A stretch of DNA of 64,000 nucleotides from an uncultured Gemmataceae bacterium (GCA_963750165.1 CAVVPN010000011.1:1792001-1856000), one strand, 5' to 3'. Counted from the stretch's first letter, positions 18,112-28,812 are shown. Numbers and translations: made by a program. Notes: generated by a model from the letters alone, not told the origin.

Positions 18112-20146
18112 CCAGCGCCGGCGCGTGAACGCCGTTCACCCCCAACGCCGCGACCGGCGGCGACCACGCCGGCAACTCACACAGGCTCGCATCGATGTAG
18201 GTGTGATGCCACAGCTGCGTCGCCACCACGCCCACCAGGCCCAGTTCGATCATGGTCCGCCGGTTCGAGCCGACCCGCAGTTGCTTGAACGCCGCGCGCC
18301 AGTGCAGCACGGCGTCCGCGTCGAAATAGCCGGTCTTCCGCAGCGACTCCGAGCTGAGCAGGTGGTCCACGAACGTCGGCTCCGGCCCGCTGGTCAAGTG
18401 GAAGCCGTCCGACGGTGCCCGGAACATGGCCTTGCGCCGCCAGGCGATCTCCTTCGGCAGCCAGCGCTGGGCGACGTGCCGCAAAATCTCCTTCTCACGC
18501 AGCCGGTGCAGCTTCCACTCCGGCGGCAGCGTCGCGCAGAAGTCGAACACGTCCTCGTCGAGGAAGGGATAGCGCGTCTCGACCGACGAGTTCATGGCCA
18601 CGCGATCCCCCTTGGCGTTGAGCAGCAGTCCCGCCAACATGACCCGCGCTCCCACGTACAATGAGCGGTTGAGTGGGTCCCAGCGCCTGGCCCGGTCCAG
18701 GTTCAGCTGCAGGTCTTCATACGGATTGTGGTCGCCGAGCCGCTCCCACATCTGGGGGCTGTAGAAACGCAGCTTGGCGATGCTGTACATGCCGTAAATG
18801 TCCAGCCAGGCGTTCGGGCCGCCGACGGACTGCTCGAGCCGCTGCACCACCGACCAGGTCACCTGCGGCGCCCGCAGCCAGCGCAGGTATGCCTTCCGCG
18901 CCAGCGCACTCAGCCGCAGTCCCGGAATCGCGTCGAGCCAGTTCAGCACACGATGAACGCGATACCACGGATAGCCGGCCAGCCACTCGTCGGCGCCCTC
19001 CCCAGTTAATGCGACCTTGTAGCCCTGGCGATGTACTTCCCGCGCCAGCAGCAACAGCGCCGCACACGACGTATCAATCACCGGCCCTTCCGCCGCCCGG
19101 ATCAGCTGCGGGTACGTCCGCAGCACCTCTTCGCGTCCGCAATCGATCACCACCGGCCCGGCGCCAACGTGGTCGGCCACCAGCAGCGCCTCGCGCGCCT
19201 CGTCGAACTCCGGCGACTTGACGCGGATGGTGAACGTCGGAATCGGGCTGGCCCCGTCGCGGCGGCGCTGCTGCGTCGCCATCGCCACGACGAGGCTGGA
19301 ATCGACGCCCCCCGACAGGTACGACACCACTGGCACGTCCGCCCGCAGCCGCCGCTCCACCGCCCGTTGCAACCGGGCCTCGAACTCGTCCGTCAGCTGC
19401 GCCGCCGACCGGCTGCGGTCCTCATGGCCGGCGTCCGGGAAGTCAATCTGCCAGTAAATCTTCTCGCTCAGCCCCGCGGCCGGGGTGCCGTCGCGGCCGC
19501 GCTGCAGCACCACGTAGCGGCCCGGCGGCAGCAGATTCACCCCCGCGAAGCACGTCACCGGCCCCGGCAGCGCGAAGAACGTGAACGCATGGTTGATGCC
19601 GCGCACGTCCGGCTTCGCCGCCACCAGCCCCGACGCCAGCAGTGCCTTGACCTCGGACGCGAACAGCAGCCAATCGCCATCGGACCTCGTCTGCCGCGTC
19701 CAGTACAGCGGACAGATACCGAAGCGATCACGGGCCAGCACCAACTGGCGTTTGCGCTCGTCCCACAGGGCGAAGGCGAACTGGCCGCGCAACCGCTCCA
19801 ACATGCCCTCGCCGTACTCCTCCCACAGGTGCGGCAACACCTCGGTGTCGCAGTGCGTCCGAAAGCGGTGGCCGCGCGCCGCCAGGTCGGCCTTGAGCGT
19901 CGGGTAGTCGAACAACTCGCCGTTATACACGACCTGGATGCTCTGGTCCTCGTTGCCGATGGGCTGCTGGCCGTCCGCCAGACCGACGATGCTCAGTCGG
20001 CGGTTGGCCAGCGCCATGCCGGGGCGATACAGAAAACCGTCCTCGTCAGGGCCGCGATGGACGATGGCCTGGGCCATGGCCTCGACCGCGCCCGCCGGCA
20101 CGGCCGCCCTGCCGCTCAGGTCAATCACTCCTGCGATGCCACACAT
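18104..20146 (-). CDS. asnB: Asparagine synthase (glutamine-hydrolysing) family amidotransferase
   Basis: MCGIAG, HRGPD, RRLSIV, NGE, ARDRFG, YLSGGVDSS, TGEGADE, ETRYPFLD. Confidence 0.95.
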   Translation of the reverse strand: MCGIAGVIDLSGRAAVPAGAVEAMAQAIVHRGPDEDGFLYRPGMALANRRLSIVGLADGQQPIGNEDQSIQVVYNGELFDYPTLKADLAARGHRFRTHCDTEVLPHLWEEYGEGMLERLRGQFAFALWDERKRQLVLARDRFGICPLYWTRQTRSDGDWLLFASEVKALLASGLVAAKPDVRGINHAFTFFALPGPVTCFAGVNLLPPGRYVVLQRGRDGTPAAGLSEKIYWQIDFPDAGHEDRSRSAAQLTDEFEARLQRAVERRLRADVPVVSYLSGGVDSSLVVAMATQQRRRDGASPIPTFTIRVKSPEFDEAREALLVADHVGAGPVVIDCGREEVLRTYPQLIRAAEGPVIDTSCAALLLLAREVHRQGYKVALTGEGADEWLAGYPWYRVHRVLNWLDAIPGLRLSALARKAYLRWLRAPQVTWSVVQRLEQSVGGPNAWLDIYGMYSIAKLRFYSPQMWERLGDHNPYEDLQLNLDRARRWDPLNRSLYVGARVMLAGLLLNAKGDRVAMNSSVETRYPFLDEDVFDFCATLPPEWKLHRLREKEILRHVAQRWLPKEIAWRRKAMFRAPSDGFHLTSGPEPTFVDHLLSSESLRKTGYFDADAVLHWRAAFKQLRVGSNRRTMIELGLVGVVATQLWHHTYIDASLCELPAWSPPVAALGVNGVHAPALGS

Positions 20147-20164
20147 CCTTCATCCCTTCGGGAT

Positions 20165-20227
20165 AGTGTTCAGTTTTCAGTGTTCAGTGTTCAGCAAAAC
20201 GGAACTGAACACTGAAAACTGAACACT
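20165..20227. repeat. Inverted heptamer tandem arrays (AGTGTTC)n...(CTGAACA)n
   Basis: 4 left and 3 right units between the SDR stop and the asnB start. Confidence 0.85.
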
Positions 20228-21036
20228 CACATTGTACTGGCCGCGTACAACTTGCGCACCTTCCGGGCGCTCATCCAGTCCACGAAGCGCGGGAAGAAGC
20301 GGTTGACCAGCAAAATCCAGCGGGCCTCACTACCGATCACCGTTTCGGTGGCGTTGCGGCGGATGGCCTTCACAATGGCCGCAGCGACTCGTTCGGGCGA
20401 CATGCCCTTGCCGAAGTCGATGTTGGCCCGACCCTGGTGCATCAGGAAATTTTTGGACAGTTCGCTGTTGGTGAGGCCCGGCAGGATTAGCAGCACGTCG
20501 ATGTCGAAGCGGGCCAGTTCGCCGCGCAGCGCTTCGGTCAGGCCGCACAGGGCGAACTTGCTGGCGGAATATTCGGACCAGGCCGGCATGCCCCGACGAC
20601 CGCACATGCTGGCGACATTGACGACACAGGGCTGACGCCCCCAGGTCAGGTGCGGGATGGCCAGGCGGGTTAACTCGGTGGGGGCGAAAAAGTTCACTTC
20701 CATGATCTGCCGCAGGATCGCCTCCGTACAATCGGCAAAGTGAGCCCAGCTGGCGACGCCGGCGTTGTTAATCAGGCCGTCCAGGCCGCCCAGGTGGCCG
20801 ACGGCTGTCTCGATCAACCGTTGCCGGTCGGCGTCACTGGTCAGGTCGGTGGGCACGGCCAGGGCGTCGGCGCCGTGGGCGCGGAGCTGCTCGGCCAGGG
20901 TGGCGAGCTGGTCCGCGGAGCGCGCCGCCAGGACGAGCCGGGCTCCCGCACTGGCGAGTTGCTCCGCCAGACAGCGGCCGATGCCCCGGGACGCGCCAGT
21001 GAGGACGAAACGGCAGCCGTGTAAATCACGCCTCAT
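20227..21036 (-). CDS. SDR family NAD(P)-dependent oxidoreductase
   Basis: TGASRGIG, NNAG, YSASK. Confidence 0.93.
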   Translation of the reverse strand: MRRDLHGCRFVLTGASRGIGRCLAEQLASAGARLVLAARSADQLATLAEQLRAHGADALAVPTDLTSDADRQRLIETAVGHLGGLDGLINNAGVASWAHFADCTEAILRQIMEVNFFAPTELTRLAIPHLTWGRQPCVVNVASMCGRRGMPAWSEYSASKFALCGLTEALRGELARFDIDVLLILPGLTNSELSKNFLMHQGRANIDFGKGMSPERVAAAIVKAIRRNATETVIGSEARWILLVNRFFPRFVDWMSARKVRKLYAASTM

Positions 21037-21416
21037 GCCCAAACTCCCGTGCGGCGTCCCGGCAGGTGGGCGGCACTGCGGTTCGCATTATCATTCTTCG
21101 CAGATTACCCATTTTTCCTCAAGTGATAACATCCTAACCGATTGCCAGGCAAACCTTGAGGGATTTCGGGAGTAAAAGCGGCGCGATCGCCGGCGCGACG
21201 ACCGTCCATCACTTACAACAGTCACCTCCTCCCCTGCCGACAGGGTTTGCCCTGCCCGCAAGAATCCTGTTCCGGGCGCGCTTGCGCCAGCGTCCTGCGC
21301 CGACGCGGGTGTGCCGATTAGTAGTTTTTATGATTTTTGGGGTCGGAATCAATGGGCAGCTGCGGCCGGCGCTGCGGTGCCGGCCGGGGACGTTCGCGAT
21401 GCGCTGCCTTCATCGT

Positions 21417-22286
21417 TCACTGCGGCTGTTCGGACGAGCCATTGGTCTTGAGTTGTCGGGTCAGCGCCTCCCGGGCTTCCGGGGGCAGCGCCTTGAGAAG
21501 TTCCTCCACGGGCACCCCCTTGAGGCGTTCCTCCACGGGCACCCCCTTGAGGCGCTCCTCCACGGGCACCACCTTGAGCACCTCTTGCGCGGACAACCCC
21601 TCAAGCCGTTCCGCGGGGGACAATTTCGCCAGCATCTTGGCAATGCTCTCGCGGTAAAATTCTTTGAGCCTGTCGGACATGGTTACCTCCTCGCTATACG
21701 CCTCGAACAATTCGTACAACAGCGTGCTCGTCTCACTGGAGTAGGGCCGGTAGTGCTCCCGGCCGTACCGCAGTGTCTCCTCGCGGATGCTGAACAGGTG
21801 GAGCATGGCGTTGTGTTCCGCCAGCGCCAGCTGGCCGGTCACAATAACGCGAATCCGCAGCCCAAAGCCCACCACGTCGTAGACGCCCTCGCGCACGGGC
21901 GTCAATGGCACCAGTTGAGCCAGCTGCTGCGGGTAGCGGGCGCACACCGCGAACAGGCGATAGTCGGCCAACGGCCGCAGGTTGTTCAGCGACGGGCTGG
22001 ACTGCTTGCGGTAGTTGACGAAGTGGCCGACCAGTTCCCACAGCGCCCAGACGTCCAGCGCTTCCTGAAAGGACTTGAACGTCACCAGGTTGAAGGTGGC
22101 CAGGTCCTCGAACCCGTCCGGCAGCCGCCGCGGGATCGGCCCGGGGCCCTTATGCAGGATGAGGAGATCGACGAACTGCTGCCTGAGCGACAGATCCTTC
22201 TCGGTTTCCACGGTGACGGCGGTGCCCTCGAAGAAGTCAATCCAGGACAGGCCGAACAATCGGTGCAGCGGTCGTTGCTCACTCAT
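21417..22286 (-). CDS. Rpn-like PD-(D/E)XK nuclease-fold protein with C-terminal 9-aa repeats
   Basis: E.DLS..QQFVDLLI..NLVTFKS; EERLKGVPV repeats; clear paralog of 25632-26536. Confidence 0.65.
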   Translation of the reverse strand: MSEQRPLHRLFGLSWIDFFEGTAVTVETEKDLSLRQQFVDLLILHKGPGPIPRRLPDGFEDLATFNLVTFKSFQEALDVWALWELVGHFVNYRKQSSPSLNNLRPLADYRLFAVCARYPQQLAQLVPLTPVREGVYDVVGFGLRIRVIVTGQLALAEHNAMLHLFSIREETLRYGREHYRPYSSETSTLLYELFEAYSEEVTMSDRLKEFYRESIAKMLAKLSPAERLEGLSAQEVLKVVPVEERLKGVPVEERLKGVPVEELLKALPPEAREALTRQLKTNGSSEQPQ

Positions 22287-22412
22287 CGGCACTCCGGTTG
22301 GGGTTTCGCCTGGGCGATGTCATTGTACCCAGTCGCTCAAAATCCGGCTTGCCCTGCGGCCGCCTCCCTGGGTATACCGCCGCCGGGAGGTTGCTATTCT
22401 CGGAGGCCGCGC

Positions 22413-25400
22413 ATGCACTACCGCCGGCTGGGCAGGACGAACCTGCAAGTTTCGGTCGTCGGCTTCGGGACGTGTCAACTCCGCCTCGTCCCGGAGCGAC
22501 AGGCCATCGCCACGCTGCTGCGCGGCTTCGAACTGGGCGTCAACCTCGTCCACACCGCCCCGGACTACGAGGGGGCCGACGACCTGGTGGCCCGCGCCGT
22601 CCGCGAATGGGGCCAGCCGGTCATCGTCTGCTCGCAGGGCTACGGCCCGATGAGCCATTTCGAGCGCCTCTTTGAAACCACCTGCGAAAAGTTTGGCACC
22701 GGGCGGCTGGAGTTGTTTGGCATCGCCTGCGTCGATGACCGCGAACTGGCGGGCGAGAACGTCTGGGGCGCCGGCGGTATGGTCGAGTTCCTGCGCCGCC
22801 AGCGCGAGCAGGGCCGGCTCGGTGGCATCTTCTGCACCACCCACGGCACGCCCGCGTACCTCCGCCGCCTGATCGAAGCGGATGTGTTTGACGCTTTGAT
22901 GGTGGCGTACAACCCACTCGGCTTTCACCTGCTATCGTACCCACCGCCGCCGGGCCGGGAGCGCGAGAACCTGGCCGGCACCCGCGCGCAGGTCTTTCCG
23001 CTGGCCCGGGAGCGCGACATCGGCCTGATGATTATGAAACCGCTGGCCGGCGGCCTGCTCTGCACCGGCAAGGCGTTCCCGCCGCGTGCCCGCCTGGCCG
23101 ACGGGGGCGGCCAGCTGACGGCGACGGAAATCCTGCGGTCGATCCTGCAACACCCGGAGGTGGCCTGTGTCGTGCCCGGCACCGCGTCGCCCGCGGAGGC
23201 GGAGGAGAACGCTCGCGCCGGTCACGCCCTGTCGCTGCCGCCGAACCACGTCGAGCAGGTGTGGGCCGGCGCCCGCGCGCTCGACACTGCGCTGTGCAGC
23301 CGCTGCGGCGGCTGTGAGACCTCGTGCAGTCGTGGGCTGCCGGTGGGTTGGCTGTTCCGTGCCGGCTACATCGCCGCGCACCCGTCCGAGACGTTCGAGA
23401 CGCCGCCCGAGGCCGAGTATTTCCGACTGCACCCCGCTGCGGACGCCACCTGCGGCACCTGCACCGCGGTCACCTGCACCTGTCCGTATGGCGTCAACAT
23501 CCCCGGCGGCCTGACGCAGCTGCACGGCCTCATGACGCGCTGGCAGGAACAGGGCCTGGTGCCAGCGCCGCCGCGCGCCGCGCACCGCGGCGAACACGAC
23601 CGCGCCGCCCTGCTCGTCGTCCGTGACGTTCCGGCGGTGATGGACGCCGGCGCGACCGCGGTGTGCCGGCTCTACCTGGAAAACACCGGCCGGCAGCCGT
23701 GGTTCGCCCAGCCCGCCGCGGGGCGCCGGCCGACCGTGCTGGCGGTCAGCGTGGGCGGCACCGCCCTGCTGCCGGTGCGTCTGCGCCAGGACGTGAATCC
23801 CGGCGAGCGTGCCCATTTCGTCTTTGAACTGACGGCCCCCGCGACGGCCGGCCCGCACGCGCTGCGGCTCGACCTGATCGAGGACGGTGGGCCGCCCTCC
23901 GTGGTCCCAATCCCCCTGGTACTTATGACGCTGACCATCCAGGCCGTGGCCCCCGCGTACGCGGTGGCGTACCTGAGCTATCGCCAGCCGGGCAAGGTGC
24001 CGGCGCAGGCGCTGCAGTCCTTCTGGGTGACGCTGGAGAACTGCGGCACGAAAACCTGGTGCCGCCAACCGCCGGACGGCCATGCGGTGGAACTGGCGTT
24101 CTTCCTCGACGGCACACTGACCGCAGTGGTGCCGCTGCCGCGCGACGAGGTGCGGCCCGGCGAGCGTGTCACCGTTCACTGGTCGCTGCGCGCCCCCGCG
24201 ACCCCGGGGCGCCATGAACTCAAACTGGACCTGGTCGAACAGAACGTCACCTTTTTCGAGCAGCAGGGCGTCGCGCCGCTGGTGCTGCCGCTGGAAACAA
24301 CCGCGGCCGCACCAGGGCCGGGCGCTCGCCTCATGGATCGCGCTTTCGAGACCAACACCTGGTTCTTCCAGCCCAGCAGCGGCGTCCACCGCGACAGCGA
24401 CGGCCAGCCATTCCCGCTGTTCGCGCAAGGGCCAGGGCTGCCGCATCACCGACGTGGAGGGCCGGCAGTACGTCGATTACGTCATGGGCTGGGGCTGCAA
24501 TCTGCTCGGCTACGCTCACCAGCGCGTGCAGCGCGCCATCAGCAAAACGCTGGGCACCGGAGCCGTGCTGTCGCTGCCGCACGAGCTGGAGATGGCGGTC
24601 ACCGAGCGGCTGTGCGCGACCATCCCGTGTGCCGAGATGGTGCTGTTCGGCAAGAACGGCTCGGATGTGTGTACCGCGGCGGTGCGGCTGGCGCGGCGCA
24701 CACCGGTCGCACGAAGGTGCTCATCAGCGGCTACCACGGCTGGCAGGACTGGTACGCGGAAAAGGCGGGCTTCGCGGCCACCGGCGTGCCCGGCGGCCGC
24801 GAGCAGCTGGTGTTGCCGTTCACCTTCAACGACCTGGACGGGTTGGCGGCGCTGCTGCACGCGCACGGCGGTGAGGTGGCGGCGGTGATGCTGGAGCCGG
24901 CCGGTCCTGTCGAGGGCCTGAACGGCCCGCTGCGCGACGCCGACCCCGCCTTTCTACGGCAGGCCGCCGAGTTGACGCGCCGGGCCGGGGCGCTGCTGAT
25001 CTTCGACGAGATCATCACCGGTTTCCGCTACCCCGGCGGCAGCGTGCAGCAGGCGACCGGCGTCATCCCGGACCTGGCGTGCTTCGGCAAGGCGCTGAGC
25101 AATGGGATGCCGCTGTCGGCGCTGGTGGGCCGGCGCGACGTGTTCCGCGGCGCGATGGGTCGCATCCATTACGGGCCGACATTCAAGGGAGAAGTGTACT
25201 CGTTCGCCGCCGCCCGCGCGGCGCTGGCGGTGTACCGCAAGGAGGATGTGGCCGGCCACGTCTGGCGCTACGGCAGCGGGCTGCTCGAGGGCGTCAATCA
25301 GTTGTGTCGCCGGCTGGAAGCGCCCGCCGAGCTGATCGGGCCGCCGTTCCGCATGGTGCTTGCCTTCCAGGAGGCCGACGCGGAGCGCGTCACGCTGATG

Positions 25401-25596
25401 CGAACGCTGGTGCTGCAGGAACTGGTCAAGAAAGGTGTACTCACCTACAAGGGCTTCATGCTGCCGAGCTACGCTCACGATGACCGGGCGCTGGCCCAGA
25501 CGCTGCGAGCCTTCGAGCACCGCGCTGGGCGTGCTGGTGGCGGCGGTGCGACAGGACGCCTTCGCCCGCTACCTGGAAATCCCCGCGGTGGCGTGA
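22413..25596 (+). CDS. Fusion: aldo/keto reductase-like, Fe-S, two Ig-like domains, class III PLP aminotransferase (frameshifts near 24430, 24700, 25520)
   Basis: MHYRRLGRTNLQVSVVGFG, MKPLAGG, CSRCGGCETSC, LENTG..W / LENCG..W, YVDYVMGWG, FGKNGSD, FDEIITGFR, DLACFGKAL; GGAGG SD. Confidence 0.8.
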
Positions 25597-25631
25597 ACTC
25601 AGCTTTTCCGCCGCCGCCGAGTGGCCTCCCG

Positions 25632-26536
25632 TTACTTCTTGCGCCGCGGCTTGCGCGGGGCGGCGGGATGCTCGGGTGACAATTGTTCCAGGTATTTCCG
25701 AATCTGGTCTTTGGACAGGCCCGCCAGGCGCTGCTCCGGCGGCAGGCCCGCCAGGCGCTGTTCCGGCGGCAGGCCCGCCAGGCGCTGCTCCGGCGGCAGC
25801 GTCTGGAGCACTTCCGGCGGCAGCGTCTGGAGCACTTCGGCTTGCTCCTGCGGAGTCAACTTCTGGAAGTGCTCCTTGACGTACTGCCGGTTGAAGTCTT
25901 CCATCGTGTACGACACGGCAACGCCCTCCCCTTGAAACCTCTCGAAAAGCTGATTGAGTAACCGACTCGTCTGCATCGAGCGCCGCCGGTAGGCGCCGGC
26001 GGCGAAGCCCACCAGTTCCGGCGCGGCGCTGAACAGGTGCAACGGGGCATTGTGTGTCTCGCGCGGCAACTCGCCCGCCACCAGCACGCGGATCGTGTCC
26101 GTGCCCCAGCGGCAATCATACCCCCCGCCTGGACCCGCTGCCAGGGTACTTGTTGCGCCAGGTTGTGGGGGAAGCGGGCGACCACCGCGTACAAACCGAA
26201 CTGATCCTCGGGCAGCAGGTCCGACGGTGAGGGGCTGACGAACTTGCGGTAGGCCACGTGGGCGCCGACCAGTTCCTTGATGGCCCAGGCGGTCAGCGTC
26301 TCGTGGTGCGACTTGAAGGTCAGCAGGTTGTGCGGCCGCAGCCCGTCCAGGCCGTCAGGCAGGCGGCCGGCGAAGCGCCCCCGGCCCCGACGCATGATCA
26401 GCACGTCGAGCAACTGCTGCTGCACCGACAGGTCGCGCTCGACCTCGACCACGAAGGGCGAGCCCGTGAAGAAGTCGGTCAGCAACAACCCGAACAACCG
26501 GTGCCAGTCGCGCAGCGCCTCCCTCGCAACGGTCAT
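25632..26536 (-). CDS. Rpn-like PD-(D/E)XK protein paralog (frameshift near 26120) with LPPEQRLAG/LPPEVLQT repeats
   Basis: HRLFGL, ERDLSVQQQLLDVLI, RLPDG, NLLTFKS, HNAPLHLFS all shared with 21417-22286. Confidence 0.65.
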
Positions 26537-26609
26537 CCGGCGCCCTCCTGGCGCAGTAGCCCTTCGGGCTCGATCCGCGAGTCGTCTCCGCTCGCCGGTT
26601 GCGGAAGCA

Positions 26610-26963
26610 TCAGCCCTGCTTCTTGGCGTACGCCTGGCGCGGCGGCGAAATGCGGCCAAGCGAAGCGCCGCTCTTCTTGGCGTAGCGCTCCTTGCTGCCG
26701 TCGTCGAGGTAGCGGACGCCGACGCGCGTCGGCGCGTTGGTCTGCGGGTCGATGAGCATGACGTTAGCCACATCGACCGGCATTTCCTTCGACAGCCGGC
26801 CACCCTGCTGATTGCGGCGATTCGGCTTCATGTGCTTGTAGACACGGTTGATGCCCTCGACGGTCACCTTGCCCGTCTTGGGGTCGGCCTTGAGCACGCG
26901 GCCGCGCTTGCCCTTGTCGTCGCCGGTCATCACCTGCACGATGTCGCCTTTATGGATGTGCAT
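26610..26963 (-). CDS. rplX: 50S ribosomal protein L24
   Basis: IHKGDIVQVMTGDDKGKRGRV (KOW), VEGINRVYKH, GG..KEMPVDVANVMLI, PTRVG, KERYAKKSG. Confidence 0.95.
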   Translation of the reverse strand: MHIHKGDIVQVMTGDDKGKRGRVLKADPKTGKVTVEGINRVYKHMKPNRRNQQGGRLSKEMPVDVANVMLIDPQTNAPTRVGVRYLDDGSKERYAKKSGASLGRISPPRQAYAKKQG

Positions 26964-27194
26964 GGCACCGTTCTCCTGCGCTCTGCCAAAAGCGTTTATC
27001 ATAGCGACCGCCCGCCGCCCGGCAAGGGCGCTTCGTGTGACGCAGGTCCATTCCCTGGGCGCGCCAACTGGTATAATGAAGATGGTGCCAGGGAGGGCTT
27101 GGCTCTCATATCATCTCACAGACACCCCTGTCAGCCCCAGGGGTCGCGCAGACTCCCCACTCAAAACAAGCAGCGAACAGCCCCGGTGGAATAC

Positions 27195-28674
27195 TCACGC
27201 CAGGATCGGCCGCAGCACGTTGCCGGCCACGTCCGTCAGCCGGAACTGCCGCCCGTTGTACCGATACGTCAGCCGCCGGTGGTCGATGCCGAGCAGGTGC
27301 AGGACGGTCGCGTGCAGGTCATGCACCGTCACGCGGTCCACCGCTGCCCGGTGGCCGACCGCATCGGTTTCGCCGTAATGCACGCCGCCGCGCACGCCGC
27401 CACCAGCGAACCAGGTCGTGAAGGCGTGCGGGTTGTGGTCGCGGCCGGTCTGGTTGCCGTTGCGCGACCGCTGTACCACCGGCAGCCGGCCGAACTCGCC
27501 GCCCCAGATCACCAGCGTCGATTCCAGCAGGCCGCGCTGTTTCAGGTCCGTCAGCAGTGCCGCGATGGGCTGATCGGTCTCGCCGGCGAACTGACGGTGG
27601 TTGGCGGCGATGTTGGTGTGGCCGTCCCAGCTGCGTTCGTTCTCCTCGCCACCGCTGTAAATCTGCACGAAGCGGACGCCGCGCTCCACCAACCGCCGCG
27701 CTAACAGGCACTGCCGCGCGAAGTGGCGCAGCGCGGGTTGTCCAGGCCGTACAGGCGGTGCAGCGTCGCCGGCTCGCGCGTCACGTCGAGCGCCTCCGGG
27801 GCGGCGATCTGCATACGATAAGCCAGTTCAAAGCTCTCGATGCGCGCGGCCAATTCGGCGTCACCGGGCCGCTCCTGTTGGTGCCCACGGTTGAGGCGCT
27901 GCATCAGGTCGATCTGCCGCCGCTGCTGGGCGTCGGTCATGTGGCCGGCGCGGTTCAGGTTGTTGATCGGCGCCCGCGCGGGTTCAGGGCCGTGCCCTGG
28001 TAGATGCCCGGCAGGAAGCCCGCCCCCCAGTTCTGGGCGTAGTTCTTGGGCAGGCCGCGGCCGAGCGTGTCGTACATCACGACGAAGCCGGGCAGGTTCT
28101 GGTTCTCGCTGCCCAGGCCGTAGGTCACCCAGCTGCCGACCGACGGAAAGCCCATGCGCGGCAGACCGGAGTTGATCTGGAACAGCGCCGGCGCGTGGTT
28201 GTTCGTTTCGGTGTGGCAGGAATGCACAAACGCGAGGTCATCGACGTGCCGGGCCAGATTTGGGAAGATTTCGGAGACCCAGGTGCCGGACTGGCCGTGC
28301 CGGGTGAAGCGAAAGGGCGACTTCATGAGCGGCCCCACCTGATCGGTGAAGAAGCCGGTGTTGCGGTCGAAACCGGGCAGTTCCTGGCCATCGCGGCGGA
28401 CCAGTTCAGCTTTGTAATCCCAGGTATCGACGTGACTGGGGCCGCCGTTGATGAACAGCCAGATGACGCTTTTGGCGCGGGCGGCGTGGTGGCCGGCGCG
28501 CGGTGCCAGCGGGTGCAGGGCGCGGTCGTCGGTGTCCTGGGCCAGCAAACCTTGCTGGTCGAGCAGCCCCGCCAGCGCCAGCGTGCCGAAGCCGGCGCCG
28601 GTGCGCTGCAGAAAATCGCGCCGCGACGGATAGAGCGGACTGGGTGACACCAGAGCGGACGGTCGTTCGTGCAT
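27195..28674 (-). CDS. DUF1501 family protein with Tat-like signal (frameshifts near 27720 and 27970)
   Basis: [74 protein letters not shown]. Confidence 0.9.
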
Positions 28675-28750
28675 GGCGGTCACTCGGGAAAGAGGTCGGG
28701 ACAGAGTTTATTCTACTCCGACCCCTGGCGGACGCCAGCGCGGGGCCTTT

Positions 28751-28812
28751 GGTCGGCGCCCGACGCCAGCGCGGGACAGCGCGGGCCCCGCGCTGGCGCT
28801 CGGGCTCGGACC
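28751..28812. repeat. REP-like palindrome
   Basis: cgccagcgcggg..cccgcgctggcg, related to 12687-12738. Confidence 0.65.

Noticed and set aside
18104..20146. AsnB as a lasso peptide cyclase
   Set aside because: Intact Cys2 glutaminase domain; no precursor, B protein or RRE nearby
10183..20227. Heptamer arrays and REPs as a CRISPR array
   Set aside because: No 23-50 nt direct repeats with unique spacers and no cas genes
21156..22412. N-terminal ~420 aa of the 1507-aa plus-strand ORF
   Set aside because: Antisense shadow of the Rpn-like gene; the real protein starts at 22413 after a GGAGG SD
25715..25850. 27-nt and 24-nt direct repeats as CRISPR or DGR repeats
   Set aside because: Contiguous in-frame coding repeats with no spacers, no reverse transcriptase and no adenine-specific variation
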